Positions 1 to 11,688 of a stretch of 42,237 bases of DNA are shown in pieces. Position 1 is the stretch's first letter; each line of letters opens with the position of its first letter. The position numbers were made by a program, and so were the translations under genes. The DNA comes from Halocafeteria seosinensis (taxonomy: Eukaryota). The notes under the pieces were generated by a model, which did no database searches, had not been told where the DNA came from, and was given only the letters and a program-made list of their open reading frames with translations. The stretch covers positions 1 through 42,237 of the forward strand of contig LVLI01000270.1 of NCBI GenBank assembly GCA_001687465.1, in the 5' to 3' direction.

Positions 1-733
1 GTATCATGTAAACCATTTGGACATAGTTACAGTTATCATAGCTGGTGTGTGATCACCCACGGCGCATGTCAGCAAGGCTGCAGGAACAGCGGGCCCGTCG
101 CTGCTTAACACGGGCGCTTACCGCTCCTCGTTAAGAGGATGTGGTCAACTTCCCGGCCGGTGGGCTATCTGTCACATTTGTGTGTGTGTAGCTGGTAGTA
201 CCCATTTGACTCTGCAAGTACCAAAAAGAAGAATCTTCTAAAAACAAAACTCCAGAAATATGGATTTGCCCCTGGAAATTCCAGAAATAGTGATTCTCAA
301 AACTCAACAGTTCTGGAATAAAGAGAACGGACTTCTTACACACTTAGCCGGTAGGCCATAAATACAAATTGTAATACACACTGTACTACTCTTAGTCACA
401 CCCCAGGCAACAAATTAGCGTACAGTAATACCATACTATAGACCGTATGCTGGTAAGTAACGGGGCATCTGAGGCAGTTTTGCTGTCATTACAGTACATG
501 TTGATTGCATGTGGCTAATATAGGGTTTGTACCCTGCATGTAACGACAACGACTGTTGACTGCTGCAGCAGTGCTGCTTCTTGAAGTGTGATGTTCGCCG
601 CGAACCTCATGCTTCCCCCCCAAGGTGGATTATAACAATTCATTGTAATTCTACTTGTTTTGTTGGATCCTTCATGTGGAGAGGATAAGTAAAAGTGTCG
701 TCTGGGGTAGTTACTGCATTCCCTAGTGACAGT

Positions 734-2310
734 ATGGGGGATACAGGAAAGGGTGTACGTGGGCTTACCTCAAGAATTGGAGTGTGTCTTTATTACTATC
801 TCCCTTGTTTCCTTTACAGGAGCTTAAAAAGCCCACCCTCTCGTGCAAATATGACCCCACAGCAGATGGATTGTCTCCGGACTTTTCATTGCTTGATTAT
901 AGCAAGGTATGTCGTAATGGAAGGTGCTAACACCTTAATAGGGTTGTTGTTGACGTCTCTGCTGTCGTGCAGCTCAAAGGATGAGGTTGTAAGGTCCCAC
1001 AAGATAAGCTACTGTCGTATTTAAAGAACATTGGAAATGAGATTAAAGTGAGTTGCTTTATGGACGGAAACACTTTCTCGCTAGAATCACACTGCCTACG
1101 TTCCGCAGCCAAACCAAACACCGGGCATGGACTGCAGTGTCGTGGAAACCAGCATGCCTGGGATATTCATGGTTTCAACCACGGATTTCTTCTACCCGTT
1201 GATCGAGGAGCCGTACCTCATGGTAAGGGTGTCTCTCTTTACGACTTCCCCTCTCGTATTCAGACAGCGGGTCCATTGGGTTGCAGGGCCGCATTGCTTG
1301 CTGCAACGTGTTGTCCGATCTGTATGCGATGGGGGTAGACGAGTGCGACACTATGCTAATGCTGCTAAGTGCTAGCACTGATATGAAGGCCGAAGAACGG
1401 GATGTAATGACAACAAAAATGATGAAGGGATTCAATGGTATGAGCGGCACATTTTGAGATCCCTTCGGGGAATGGCTCAGTCAAGCGGTATTTTGTCCAC
1501 TGCAGATACTGCCACCGAAGCAAACACGAGCGTTACAGGTGGACAGACTGTATTGAACCCATGGCCAATGATTGGAGGCACAGCTACCTCGTAAGTGTGG
1601 CTTCGTGTTCGATTTAGATTTGAATTGGAACTCAAGGTTTGGTGCCTGCAGGATACGGAAGAATGAAGATATTATTCGTCCGAATCGATTGGTTCCGGGA
1701 GATGTCATTGTGCTTACGAAGCCATTGGGTACTCAAGTTGCAGTAAACGTGGGACAGTGGATGCGCTCCGAGAAATGGAGTAAAATTGCACAGGTTATTT
1801 CCAAAGACCAGGCTCAGGAGGCTCTTGATGTTGCATGCGAAAGCATGAGTCGGCTGAACAGGAATGCGGCAAGACTCATGCGGAAGTATGACGCTCATGG
1901 AGCAACAGATGTTACTGGTTTCGGTATCAAAGGGCACGCAACGTAAGATTCCTTTATTAACGTGTTTAAGTAGAATGTCAAGACATGGTGGTGTTTTTTT
2001 CGCTTGCAGTAACCTCACGGAGCACCAGCAGCAACGTGTTGCTTTGAACATTCATACACTCCCAATCATTCGGTACATGGCAGCCTGTGAGAAGGCTATA
2101 GGAGGCGGTTTCAAGTTGTTTGCGGGACGATCAGCGGAAACTTCCGGTGGACTTTTAGTAGCGCTTAGTTCAGAGAACGCCCAAGCGTTTGTCAACGAGA
2201 TCAGTGAACTCGATGGGCAGCCAGCCTGGATAATTGGTGAGGTTACGTCGGCCACAGAAGAAACCGCGGGTGCGTACATCTCGGATAACCCTTATGTCAT
2301 TGATGCATAG
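734..2310 (+). CDS. SPS2: Selenophosphate synthetase (SPS2/SelD), selenoprotein; 8 exons, ~374 aa
   Basis: Exons 734-754, 820-906, 973-1047, 1109-1222, 1287-1437, 1506-1590, 1652-1942, 2010-2310 (all GT-AG, total 1125 nt, frame closes). Reads LKG-U-GCKVPQ (TGA at 982-984), [60 protein letters not shown]: hallmark SelD/SPS motifs. Confidence 0.96.
982..984 (+). other. In-frame UGA recoded as selenocysteine (codon 40 of SPS2)
   Basis: CTC AAA GGA TGA GGT TGT AAG GTC CCA = LKG*GCKVP; the stop sits exactly at the Sec/Cys position of SPS2/SelD, and a SECIS lies in the 3' UTR. Confidence 0.93.
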
Positions 2311-2400
2311 ACATTCTCATCGCCAAAGAAAGGAGGGAAAAAGTAAACACATGATAGCTTATCTTGTGGGACCCTTAATAGGAATTCCACGAACTGAACC

Positions 2401-2479
2401 TGTCCAGTCTTCATGACGGATATACAGCAAAACACCATCCTGGACCTGTGGTGCCTGTGTATCCCGAGCAACTGGAACA
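2401..2479 (+). promoter_or_regulatory. Eukaryotic type II SECIS element in SPS2 3' UTR
   Basis: Helix I TCCAGT(2403-2408)/ACTGGA(2471-2476); core ATGA(2413-2416)...GA(2466-2467); helix II GGATATACAG(2418-2427)/CTGTGTATCC(2455-2464), 10 bp with one G-U; unpaired AAAA(2429-2432); apical mini-stem CACCA(2433-2437)/TGGTG(2449-2453). About 90 nt after the stop. Confidence 0.93.
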
Positions 2480-2922
2480 TAATTTATATTTAATCAAATA
2501 CACATATTTGATTGATTGATTTTGCTTGCTTTGATGTTAGAAGTTATGATACGGGATGAGCCCGCGGTATCTGGATACTTTGGTTGAAGTTTGGCCATGT
2601 TTTCTCCCGCTGTTCGACAGCGGCGTAATCAGATGGATTGTTATTGCGCGTCAACTGACCAACGCTATCCAACTAAGCTAACGCCTGTCCTTATCACAAG
2701 CGTGATTTAGCTCTTTTCATCCGTGTGTGCCTCCGAATTTTCCCCAGCGGTGCATGGAATAGGCGTTTGCCTGCACTTAACCGCCGCTCTTGCGTTGCGC
2801 TCGGCTCCGTGGTTGAAGTTGGGGCAACTGGAATTACAAGGAGGTTCGAAATTACTATTGCGTTTGCTATTCGTCGCGATTCTAGTCTTCAGATTTTGAG
2901 TACTTGCGAAATATTCGGCAAA

Positions 2923-4024
2923 ATGGAGTCTGCTACTCAGCAAGGCACAATAACTGAAGCGCACGAAGCCTCGGAGGATGCAAGCAACGATCCACCCAAA
3001 GACGATCGGGCGAGCGTCCACAACAGGGAACACGACTCAAATCCTGTTCCCACGAGTACTGCTAACAATATCTCATCTGCCGCTGCAGAAGGGGTGTCAT
3101 CCTCGAAAAGGCGAAATCGTTCGAGGAAGCGAAAGAGGAGGAAATGGAAGCCTTACAGTCAGCTTACCTGGAAGGAAAAGCTCGAACTAGAGAAGCGAGA
3201 CGAAATTAAACTCCGGAAGCGCGATGAGGAGGAACAAGCCCGTGATGCAGAAACTGGAGAATATCGCCCCCCACGCACACCAAGGTTGACAATGGAGGTA
3301 CGTAATTTGGCCGTCTTCATATGCTGTGTGAACCAATTCAATTCCTTTCACCAAACATGTACAGAAACTAATCGAACAGCATCAGAGTGATGGCTCAGGA
3401 TCAGTCTCAGGGAATCATTCAGAAAGCGGTGCAAGTTCCTACGGAGACGTAGACTTGGAAGAAACAGAGGTTGGTGTCACTAGCTGGTGTCATTAAGTAC
3501 GCGCGTTCAACCTTAAATCTATTCCGTTTTGTATCCAGGATTTTTCTGCACTAGAAGAAACCAGTGATGGGGGAAATGATGCACGTGATAGAGGGACTGG
3601 TGTTGAAACAGCAACAACTTCCGCTCCGTTGTCTTCCCAGGTGACCAGCAGCTGCGTGCAACAAGAGTCTGCCTCTTCGGCTGGCTCCGGTGCAAAAGTA
3701 AAAAGGGCAAGGTCTGCATCGACTGACAGCGCAGGATGCTCGTACCATGATTTCACGAAGGAGGAGTTGATCAAAGAAGTAAAAGCGCTACGGAGACGGA
3801 ATCAAGAATTGGAAGAGACCCTTGAAGCTGCTGAACGAGAAATCACTATCTTACACGCGGCTGCTAATAAAGACAAAGGTCAAAAACACGAGTCAGATTC
3901 AAAACCTCCGAAGACTGGCCCTCGCTGGAAAAAGAAGAGGTATGATAGTAAGCACAACAACGGCTCATTTCCACACAGCAGTAACCGGCACGATAACAAG
4001 CGAGGTCGATCAAATGACCATTGA
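2923..4024 (+). CDS. HEXIM-like protein (P-TEFb inhibitor family); 3 exons, ~321 aa
   Basis: Exons 2923-3297, 3365-3469, 3539-4024. Basic stretch KRRNRSRKRKRRK then WKPYSQLTWKEK (human HEXIM1 WKPYYKLTWEEK), PRLTMEKLIEQH at the PYNTTQFLMDDH position, acidic linker with DFS, then coiled coil YHDFTKEELIKEVKAL (HEXIM1 MSKQELIKEYLEL). Confidence 0.75.
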
Positions 4025-5196
4025 GCGCCCTCCTGTAACGAAGAAAGTAAATGAACAATACCACTTATCGTTTCTGCACGCCGTCATCTCATACGGTTTT
4101 AGTTCGCTTGGGTACTTGGTACTACGTTCGGTTGCCGTAGGAGTTGCCGCGACTTTGAGTGTGCGAGGTTGAACCCTCGGACTTGATGAAGAACCGCAAA
4201 CGGCCAAAAATTGCACCCGGTATGCACCGTCTGTTGCACGAAAAGATGGCTCAGTAGCGCTCGTCCCTCATGGAGAATCTCTTCGCACTGCGATGGGAGG
4301 GGAGTTATGCTCGTCAGAGCGTTTGGGGGGCCCTCTTCCCCTTGAGGGAGACCCCATCATCTGCTGGGTTGTGGGGCTGCGGAATGTGCGAGTCTCGGGA
4401 GAACAAGGCGCCGAAGTTCAATAGAAGGCGCTCTCCATACAGCGAAGTGCGCATGCCAGAAGGACACGGAAGCAGATATTTGTCTCCATTGGCTGGCGTT
4501 CTAAGCGTCGAGAGCACATGTTGGACTCTATTCCGCTTCGAATGTTTGCACCTGTAGTTGGCACCTAACAAGAAAAACGTAAGTCGAGCTTAAGAAAAGG
4601 AAAGAGGGTGCCCCTTATCTCGCGAATCTCTACTCTCTACATGACGTACCACCTACAACCGTGGCCCTTTCCGGTCCCTCTCGGCCCTCTTCCTTCTGGT
4701 GACTTTTACGCCGGCTTGGAGACCCCTCGAATGAGCCTCCAGGAATGTAGTTGATAGGCTTTTATATGTAGCGTGGGTGTGAACCACTGCGCATTAAAAT
4801 TAGGGGGAACGAGCTCGGGGGATGTGTAAGGGGCAACATTTTTCATAGTACTGCAGGCATCAGTATCCTACAGCAAGCTACATGTTTCTGTCTTCATCGT
4901 GTGCATTTATCAGGGAAGTTAATTATGCTGCATTGTTTGTATCGCAGGGTCTATTGCTCGTCACGAGAGATTTGACGATTCCCCCGCGTACACGAGGATA
5001 TCTTTCCTTCTTGTTTGCAAGCTACGTAGAAGCGGTGCTACGTTTTCATACAATACGTCTCAGGTTCGGACTTTCCTTAGCGCACTTTGAATGGAACGGA
5101 TTAGAATAGAGACTTCTACAGCGACAGATTCGGTATTGTTAGGATGCGCCGCAGAACGGCGACGTTAAGCTCTCTTAGAAGCTAGAGATACGGCAA

Positions 5197-8100
5197 ATGA
5201 GCAGTCCAGGTGGACAAAATAGCGACGCGAGAAGCGCAACTCCCACCAGCTCCTCTTCTGCAGGATACGAGGGCTATCATCCCGTTCCTGTGTCTTCTGT
5301 TAAGGAACCTTCGGATAGTGTCGACAGTCGCACACCTTTAGAACCGGAACCGGAACGTAGAAAGGAAATGAGTCGGTTTCGCCGCTTTTTAGAAAGACTA
5401 CGATGTGGGCCACGGAAAAAAGAAAGCACTGAGCGACGTGTTTTTGCAAATGATGGTTCGAGAAACAACGAGTTTGGCTACCCGGATAACACCATCAGCA
5501 ATACCAAGTACAGCTGGCTTACGTTCCTTCCAAAGAACTTGATGGAGCAATTCAGGTGAGTAGCAACGAGAGGAAGAGAGAAAGAGAGCTACATTATCGC
5601 TATTTGTATGATTTTTATACGGTGCAGACTTCATATAAATAGGTATTTCCTGATCATAGCTTGTCTCCAGTTATGGGACGAAATTACCCCTGTTAATCCA
5701 GGTGCGTGAGCGACTGGGCATTACTGCGCCTTCGACTCCCGGCAATGCAGAGTGTTTGTTCCGGATCGCAGCTACCACGTGGGTTCCGTTGATAGTTATC
5801 TTCTCCATCACAGCGATAAAAGAGTTGCTGGATGACCTTGGGAGACGACGGGAAGACAAAGCAGCTAATGCGAGGAAGTATACGGTTGTGAGGGACGGAC
5901 AGTCTGTGGAGGTACGGAGGAACCCCTGCATTTAGGATGTTGGTGTTTCCTCTAGATAGTTTCCCCCTTTGTGTGTCCAGGTACAATCTTGGGAAATCCA
6001 AGTGGGAGATATTCTGGAGCTACACGAGGATGATGAAATTCCTGCCGATTGCGTCCTTCTAAGTTCATCCGATCCTCAAGGAATTTGCTACATACAGGTT
6101 AGTCTTGGCGCAGCTTCCACTCTTGCGAACGACGGAGGATGCACTGTGTTCTCCCTGCAGACAACAAACCTTGACGGGGAAAGCAATTGGAAGACCCGGG
6201 TCTCGTTACACGAGACTCGTAACCTTGATACAAATGCGAAGCTTGGCCAATTTAAGGGCATTGTAATGTGCCAATCCCCGGACGATGAAGGATTCGATAA
6301 CTTAGAGAAATTCGATTCAGCTCTACGCACAGTAGGGCACGAAGATGTACCACTTTCACTAGATTCAACCCAGTTGCTTCTTCAGGCGACCAATGTGCGG
6401 AATACTCAGTTTTTGTATGCACTCGTTGTGTACACTGGTAAGAGGAGCTGTTGCATTTTAGTGGTTCAAAAGTAGAATCGCACTTCTATTGGCACTCTAC
6501 AGGTAACGAAACGAAGTTTGGTAAGAATAAGAAGATTCCGCCTTCCAAGACGACGAAGACGGACGAGCTCATCAACGAGTTTGCTGGCTTAATTTTTACA
6601 TTTCAACTTGTGCTCGTGTTCATTTTAGGCATTGTGGGCAACATTTGGAAGGGGGAGAGTGGACGAAGTTCGTTCTATTTGCACTTTCCTCCTTCCGGAA
6701 GAGAACCTGGATACCAGCCGTTAGTAATCCCTCTTCGCTTCTTGCTTCTGAACAGCACTATGATCCCTATTAGTCTCAAGGTGACTCTCGACTTATGTAA
6801 ATTATATTATTCGAAGTTTATCAATGCTGATTTGGATCTCTACGATGAAGAGATGGATCGACCAGCGCACTCGAATTCGACGGCGCTGGCAGAGGATTTG
6901 GGGCAGGTTGAATATATTTTGTCCGATAAGACGGGAACTCTGACGGAGAATGTGATGGTCATGAAAGCATGCAGCGTAAGAGGTGAACAATACGGATCCG
7001 AAAGAAATGCAATGGGTCAAGGAACGGACGAGGACGTCGGTGAAGCAACGGTAGACGCGAAAGGCACTATGGAAGATCCTCGTTTTCGACGCGCGGTGCA
7101 GGATAGTGCCAAGGAGTCCACAAATGGAAGTATCTTTCTTGACTTTCTTCGCTGTATTTGTTTGAACAATACCGTAACGATTAGTCGTGAAAAGTCTTCA
7201 ACCTTGAGGCGATATAAGGCTTCATCTCCGGACGAGGAAGCACTTGTAGATGGCGCTTCGCACTACGGAGTTGCGCTTGTCAAAAGAGGTCAAGAATCCG
7301 CGGTCATTGTGGTGCCTTCAAAGGAAGCTCCAGCTGAGGGGCTCAACTTATCCTTGGGAGAGTACGCTACCATAACTGGAACTGACCAAGCACTGTCGGA
7401 AGGAACCAGGAGCTGTGTTAATTTTGAGGAGTGGGATATTCTTGAGGAATTTGAATTTAGCTCTGATAGAAAACGGATGAGCGTTCTCGTAAAGCAACGC
7501 GAAAAGGAAGAAATCCGAATGTATGTCAAGGGGGCTGACGATGTAATGTTTGCGCGGTTGAGTTCCTCCGAGAAAACATCTAAAGCTGGAAGAGCCTTGC
7601 AGGAACAAGTTGATTCTTTTGCCTCAGCTGGTTTACGAACTCTCGTAATGGCGTACAGAACCCTCTCCCTGTCAGAGTATCGAGAGTGGAAGAAAGATTT
7701 CGACGCAGCCAACAGTTTACTTACAGGCCGAGATGAAGCCAAAGAAAAATGCTACAACAGGTTGGAAAAGGAACTGAATATCCTTGGTGCGACGGCCATA
7801 GAGGATAAGCTGCAGGGTGCGGTCCCTGAAACTATCGCACAGCTACGAAGAGCAGGCATCAAGATGTGGATGTGTACGGGTGATAAGTACAGTACAGCGA
7901 AGACCATCGCACGAACGTGCCGACTGTCGGATCAAGCGACGGATCTTTTCGCAGTGGAAGGCGAAACTAAAGAGGAAGTAAGTTCGTGTTCATTTTTTGC
8001 TGGGGTATCAGGGCCGTACAGAGCAGTTTGATGTGTCTTATGGCAGGTAAACCGAAGCCTTGAGGACAATATGGCCTATCTTCAGCAGCAGGGTGTGACG

Positions 8101-9798
8101 CTAACAACACTTCCACCGCCATTGCGGGGTTTTTTTCGAGGGTTTCGAAAGAATACGGGTTTGTGTGTACCTCCGGGTTACAAGTCAGAGGCCCAGGATA
8201 TGGAGGATATTTCACGCCGTCGCGAACGCGTTGGCACCCGTTCCACCTCTTTTGAAGATTTTGCTTGTATTATCCGTGGATCAACATTGAGGGTTGCACT
8301 ACAAGATGAAGATATGCGAAGGAAATTTGCAGCGATCGCCCTGTCGGCAAACACCGTTATTTGCTGTCGTGTTAATCCGCGACAGAAAGCTCAACTAGTC
8401 AGCTTAGTCAGAGATGCCGAGAGAACGGTCCTCTCAATTGGAGACGGCGGTAACGACGTCAGCATGATCCAAGAAGCTCAGGTCGGAGTTGGGATTAGGG
8501 GTAAAGAAGGTTTACAGGCTGCGCGAGCCGCTGACTATCAAATTTCGTTTTTCAAGCACTTGCTACGTCTAGTACTCATTCATGGCCGGTATAGCTACTA
8601 TCGCACAAGTTTGGTCGGGCAGTACAGCTTTTACAAGTCATTCGTCTTTTGCTTTATGCAAATCGGATACGCTTTTGTTTCGGCGTTTTCTGGTGTATCG
8701 CTGTTTAACTCGCTGAGTGTTGCAGCGTACAATGCAGTTCTTTTTGTTCCTATCGTATTTTTCTTCGTCGATAAGGACATCGATCAGGAGACTGCACTAG
8801 CAAAACCTGAAGCATATTCTGTGTGCAGAAAAGGGGAACTGATGAACTATCGCACGATGGGGCGATGGTTTATAAGAGCCATTTATCAAGCATCGATGCT
8901 ATTGATCATTGGTCTGGTATTTCCGCCTACAGACTCAGACTTGTTCCAATATCAAGTTTTGGGGTTAGTTATCTTCTTCGGATATCTGTGGGTGCAAGAT
9001 TTTACAATGCTATTCGAGTTGCGAAAGGTCACTGTATACAATGTAGTTTCAATATTTGGCCTACATATCATATCATATGCGGTGGCCATTGGATGGAACT
9101 TGCTACAGTCAGCTCTTTGGTGGGACTTTCTCGACTATTATAGCGTCAATAAAGCATTGGGAAATGGGGTAACATGGTTAGTCCATTTATTAATGATCAT
9201 TGTTTGTATAGGCCCTGTAGAAGCTTGGAAATCATGGAAATTTCGGTATAGCAGGAATTTTTACAATGATTTACTACTTGGTGAATTTGAGGTAAAGAGG
9301 AAGGGAATAGAGGCAGACTGGTCAGATAAGAGGTCGACTCGAATTCGTAATACTTCGTATCGGTCTGTTCATAGCGGGATAAACGGCGAGAAGAAAAGCC
9401 CTCAGCCAACCAGCAGATCGCCCCCTGATTCTCGAAAACAAGACAAGACTACAACCACTCCTCCGCAAAATAATGTAAAAGGAAATACAGTGTCGAGTGG
9501 GAATCCGAGGTACTTTTCGGTTCTTAACAAACGGTTTGCAGGAGTGGGTGCGGGGTCAAATCGGGGCGGAAAGAGAACTTCCAGGAAATCTCTTTCAGCA
9601 AGACCTAAGTCACCCCCTAGAAAGCGTCCTTCAGGAATCTCCAAAGGAAGAGAGACAAAGAGTTCCAAGAACACCTTGTACAATTCTTACGATCCTGGCT
9701 TGGCCGAAAACAAATCGCCAGGTCGCCCCTGCCGGGAAATATCATACTGTCACAACCCTCTCCAGTATGATCGTCAAAATAGATCCCCTACTTGCTGA
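5197..9798 (+). CDS. P4-type ATPase (phospholipid flippase), ALA2-like
   Basis: Multi-exon; NTISNTKYSWLTFLPKNLMEQF, YFLIIACLQLWDEITPVNP, LDGESNWK, MIPISLKVTLD, phosphorylation motif DKTGTLT, SPDEEAL, FSSDRKRMS, GATAIEDKLQ, TGDK, IGDGGNDVSMIQ, C-terminal TM bundle and basic disordered tail. Confidence 0.95.
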
Positions 9799-10273
9799 CC
9801 GTGTTCTGATACAACTATTACATGAAGTCGAAGTAATTCTGCCTTTCGCCGGTGTTACAGCAGGCGATAAAATCTAGAGACGGACATCTACATAGTGTTC
9901 GAACTGGGAATGTAAGTAATTGGTTCCCGCTGATGCGAGCTTCTGGACGAATCAGCTTGGCACGTCTGTACTTGGGTAGATAACCCCTGAGGCGTAGTAC
10001 GAAGCTATCCGTTGGTATATACCCCGGTCAGCGAACTTTGTTATAAGGTTCTGAGTCGGGTGGCATGATCTCGATGTATATGTTCGCTGTGCCCTTTTTA
10101 TCTCCGAGAAAGGTGCACAAGATTTCCACTACCTCGTTCGTCCGCACGCTTCGCCGTTCTGTGTCACCCCATTATTAGCGATGTGCACGAAATGAATAGA
10201 CGAAAACCAATGCCAAGTCCGATTTAGATCGAAGAATATCAAAGCGCTCCATAAACATAGTAGTGTCGAGGCT

Positions 10274-11314
10274 TTACGAGCAGCATCTGCTTGTCCACGA
10301 TTCCCTGTGCTCCTTCTGGCGCATACTTTCGCGAATAAGTTCTCTATCCAGTCGTCGCGAATCTTTTTGCCATGAGGATGTTTTCCTGTCTTCTCTAAAT
10401 TTCCGATCCTTAAGTGCGGGGTAGACCAAGTCTAACAAATTCTGGAACGCCCATTCGACGCTTTCCTTGTTCTTTGCAGACGTTTCGGCATATTCTACCG
10501 CCTTGGCCCGTGCGAAGAATTGCGCGTCTGATTGGTTCACCTGTCTTGCTTTCTTTAGGTCCGATTTGTTGCCAACCAGCATAATACCGACGTCATCCCC
10601 GGCATGCTCGCGCACTTCTCTTATCCAGTGTGAGCATTTCTTGAAGGACTCTTCATCCGTCAAACTGAACACCACCATCGCAGCGCATAGGCCCCTATAA
10701 AACGTCCTGCAAACAAAATGCGGAACGTGGGAGGCTTTGGAGTATGAAGGAACGAATCCGATGTGACGTACCTCGTTACTGCACGGTATTGTTCCTGCCC
10801 AGCAGTATCCCAAATTTCCGCCAATACGGAAGCTCTGTGGTTTGGAACATACTGTTTATGTTGCACGTAGTCTACTGCAATTGTACTCGGTATGGACGTC
10901 GAAAATGTGTCCCAATGGTACGCGCTCACAATACTTGATTTGCCTACTGCAGTTACAACACACACGCACAAAATTACACCAAATCATACGACAAACCTTT
11001 GACGGTAGAATTGTGAAATGCGGCAAGTGGCAGTTAACTTGCCAAATTGTGCGCTTTCAATTCCGCTTACCTCCACTTTCTCCTAGCATGAGCACTTTGC
11101 ACGAGAAGACGGGACCGTCCTCCTCTTCGTCATCCAGAAACGATCCGTTGTGGGAGGCAATCGATCCTCCTCGAAGAACATGGAGGCCATCCATGGAGGG
11201 AGCTCGGGAACTGGAAGAGAACGAGCGGCCGTCTGTACTCGGAGACGGTGACGCCGCTTTCCATTGCTCCCGAATATTGACCCCTTCTCCAGACCCTGCC
11301 GACGAGGAATGCAT
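10274..11314 (-). CDS. Rab-family small GTPase with N-terminal extension; 3 exons, ~283 aa
   Basis: Exons 11314-11071, 10946-10772, 10706-10274. GESGVGKS (split by intron), STIAVDY, WDTAGQE, FYRG, GNKSD, ETSAK, C-terminal CCS prenylation motif. Confidence 0.9.
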
Positions 11315-11688
11315 GGTCTGATACCTATAGTCTACGTCTCAATAGTTCCGAATATGCCTCCTCCGCACCCTTTAGTTAGAGTCATGCGCTACTGACGCAT
11401 GCAACACTGCATGCTATCATGGTTCAATGCGTCAAGGTTAAATATAATAGTTATCAATCAATAGCGTATTTTTTGCCAAAACACCACATACAAAAGGACA
11501 TGGTCAGGAGTGTGTATTCAACAAAAGTGTCTATTTTACTCGATATGTTGAAGTTGCACACTGCCGCCATGACACTGAGCCCAGTTGTGGGCTGTTTGAA
11601 TTAGTGTTGCAGACGTGTATGCTACAGGTTACACTACGCCGCGTGAGGGGTGAACGCTACCCGGAACCGCTCCAACATCGTTGTGGGC

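Noticed and set aside
1..700. Short repeats (CCAGAAATA twice, inverted TTCTGGAAT) and ORF 131..343 as a possible transposon end or gene
   Set aside because: Repeats are 9 bp or so, with no terminal inverted repeat, target-site duplication or coding similarity; compatible with chance.
695..1375. ORFs 695..1024, 1048..1338 and similar as independent proteins
   Set aside because: They are off-frame or intron read-through products overlapping the spliced SPS2 exons.
4030..5190. Possible small minus-strand gene (ORF 4314..4571 with splice-like sites) or a 7SK-like ncRNA next to the HEXIM-like gene
   Set aside because: I could not build a start-to-stop model or see a recognisable protein, and found no convincing 7SK-type terminal stem or Pol III signals. 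It needs RNA-seq or a covariance search.
6170..6195. DGES instead of DGET in the P4-ATPase actuator domain
   Set aside because: DGES is a known natural variant among P4-ATPases and the catalytic Glu is retained.
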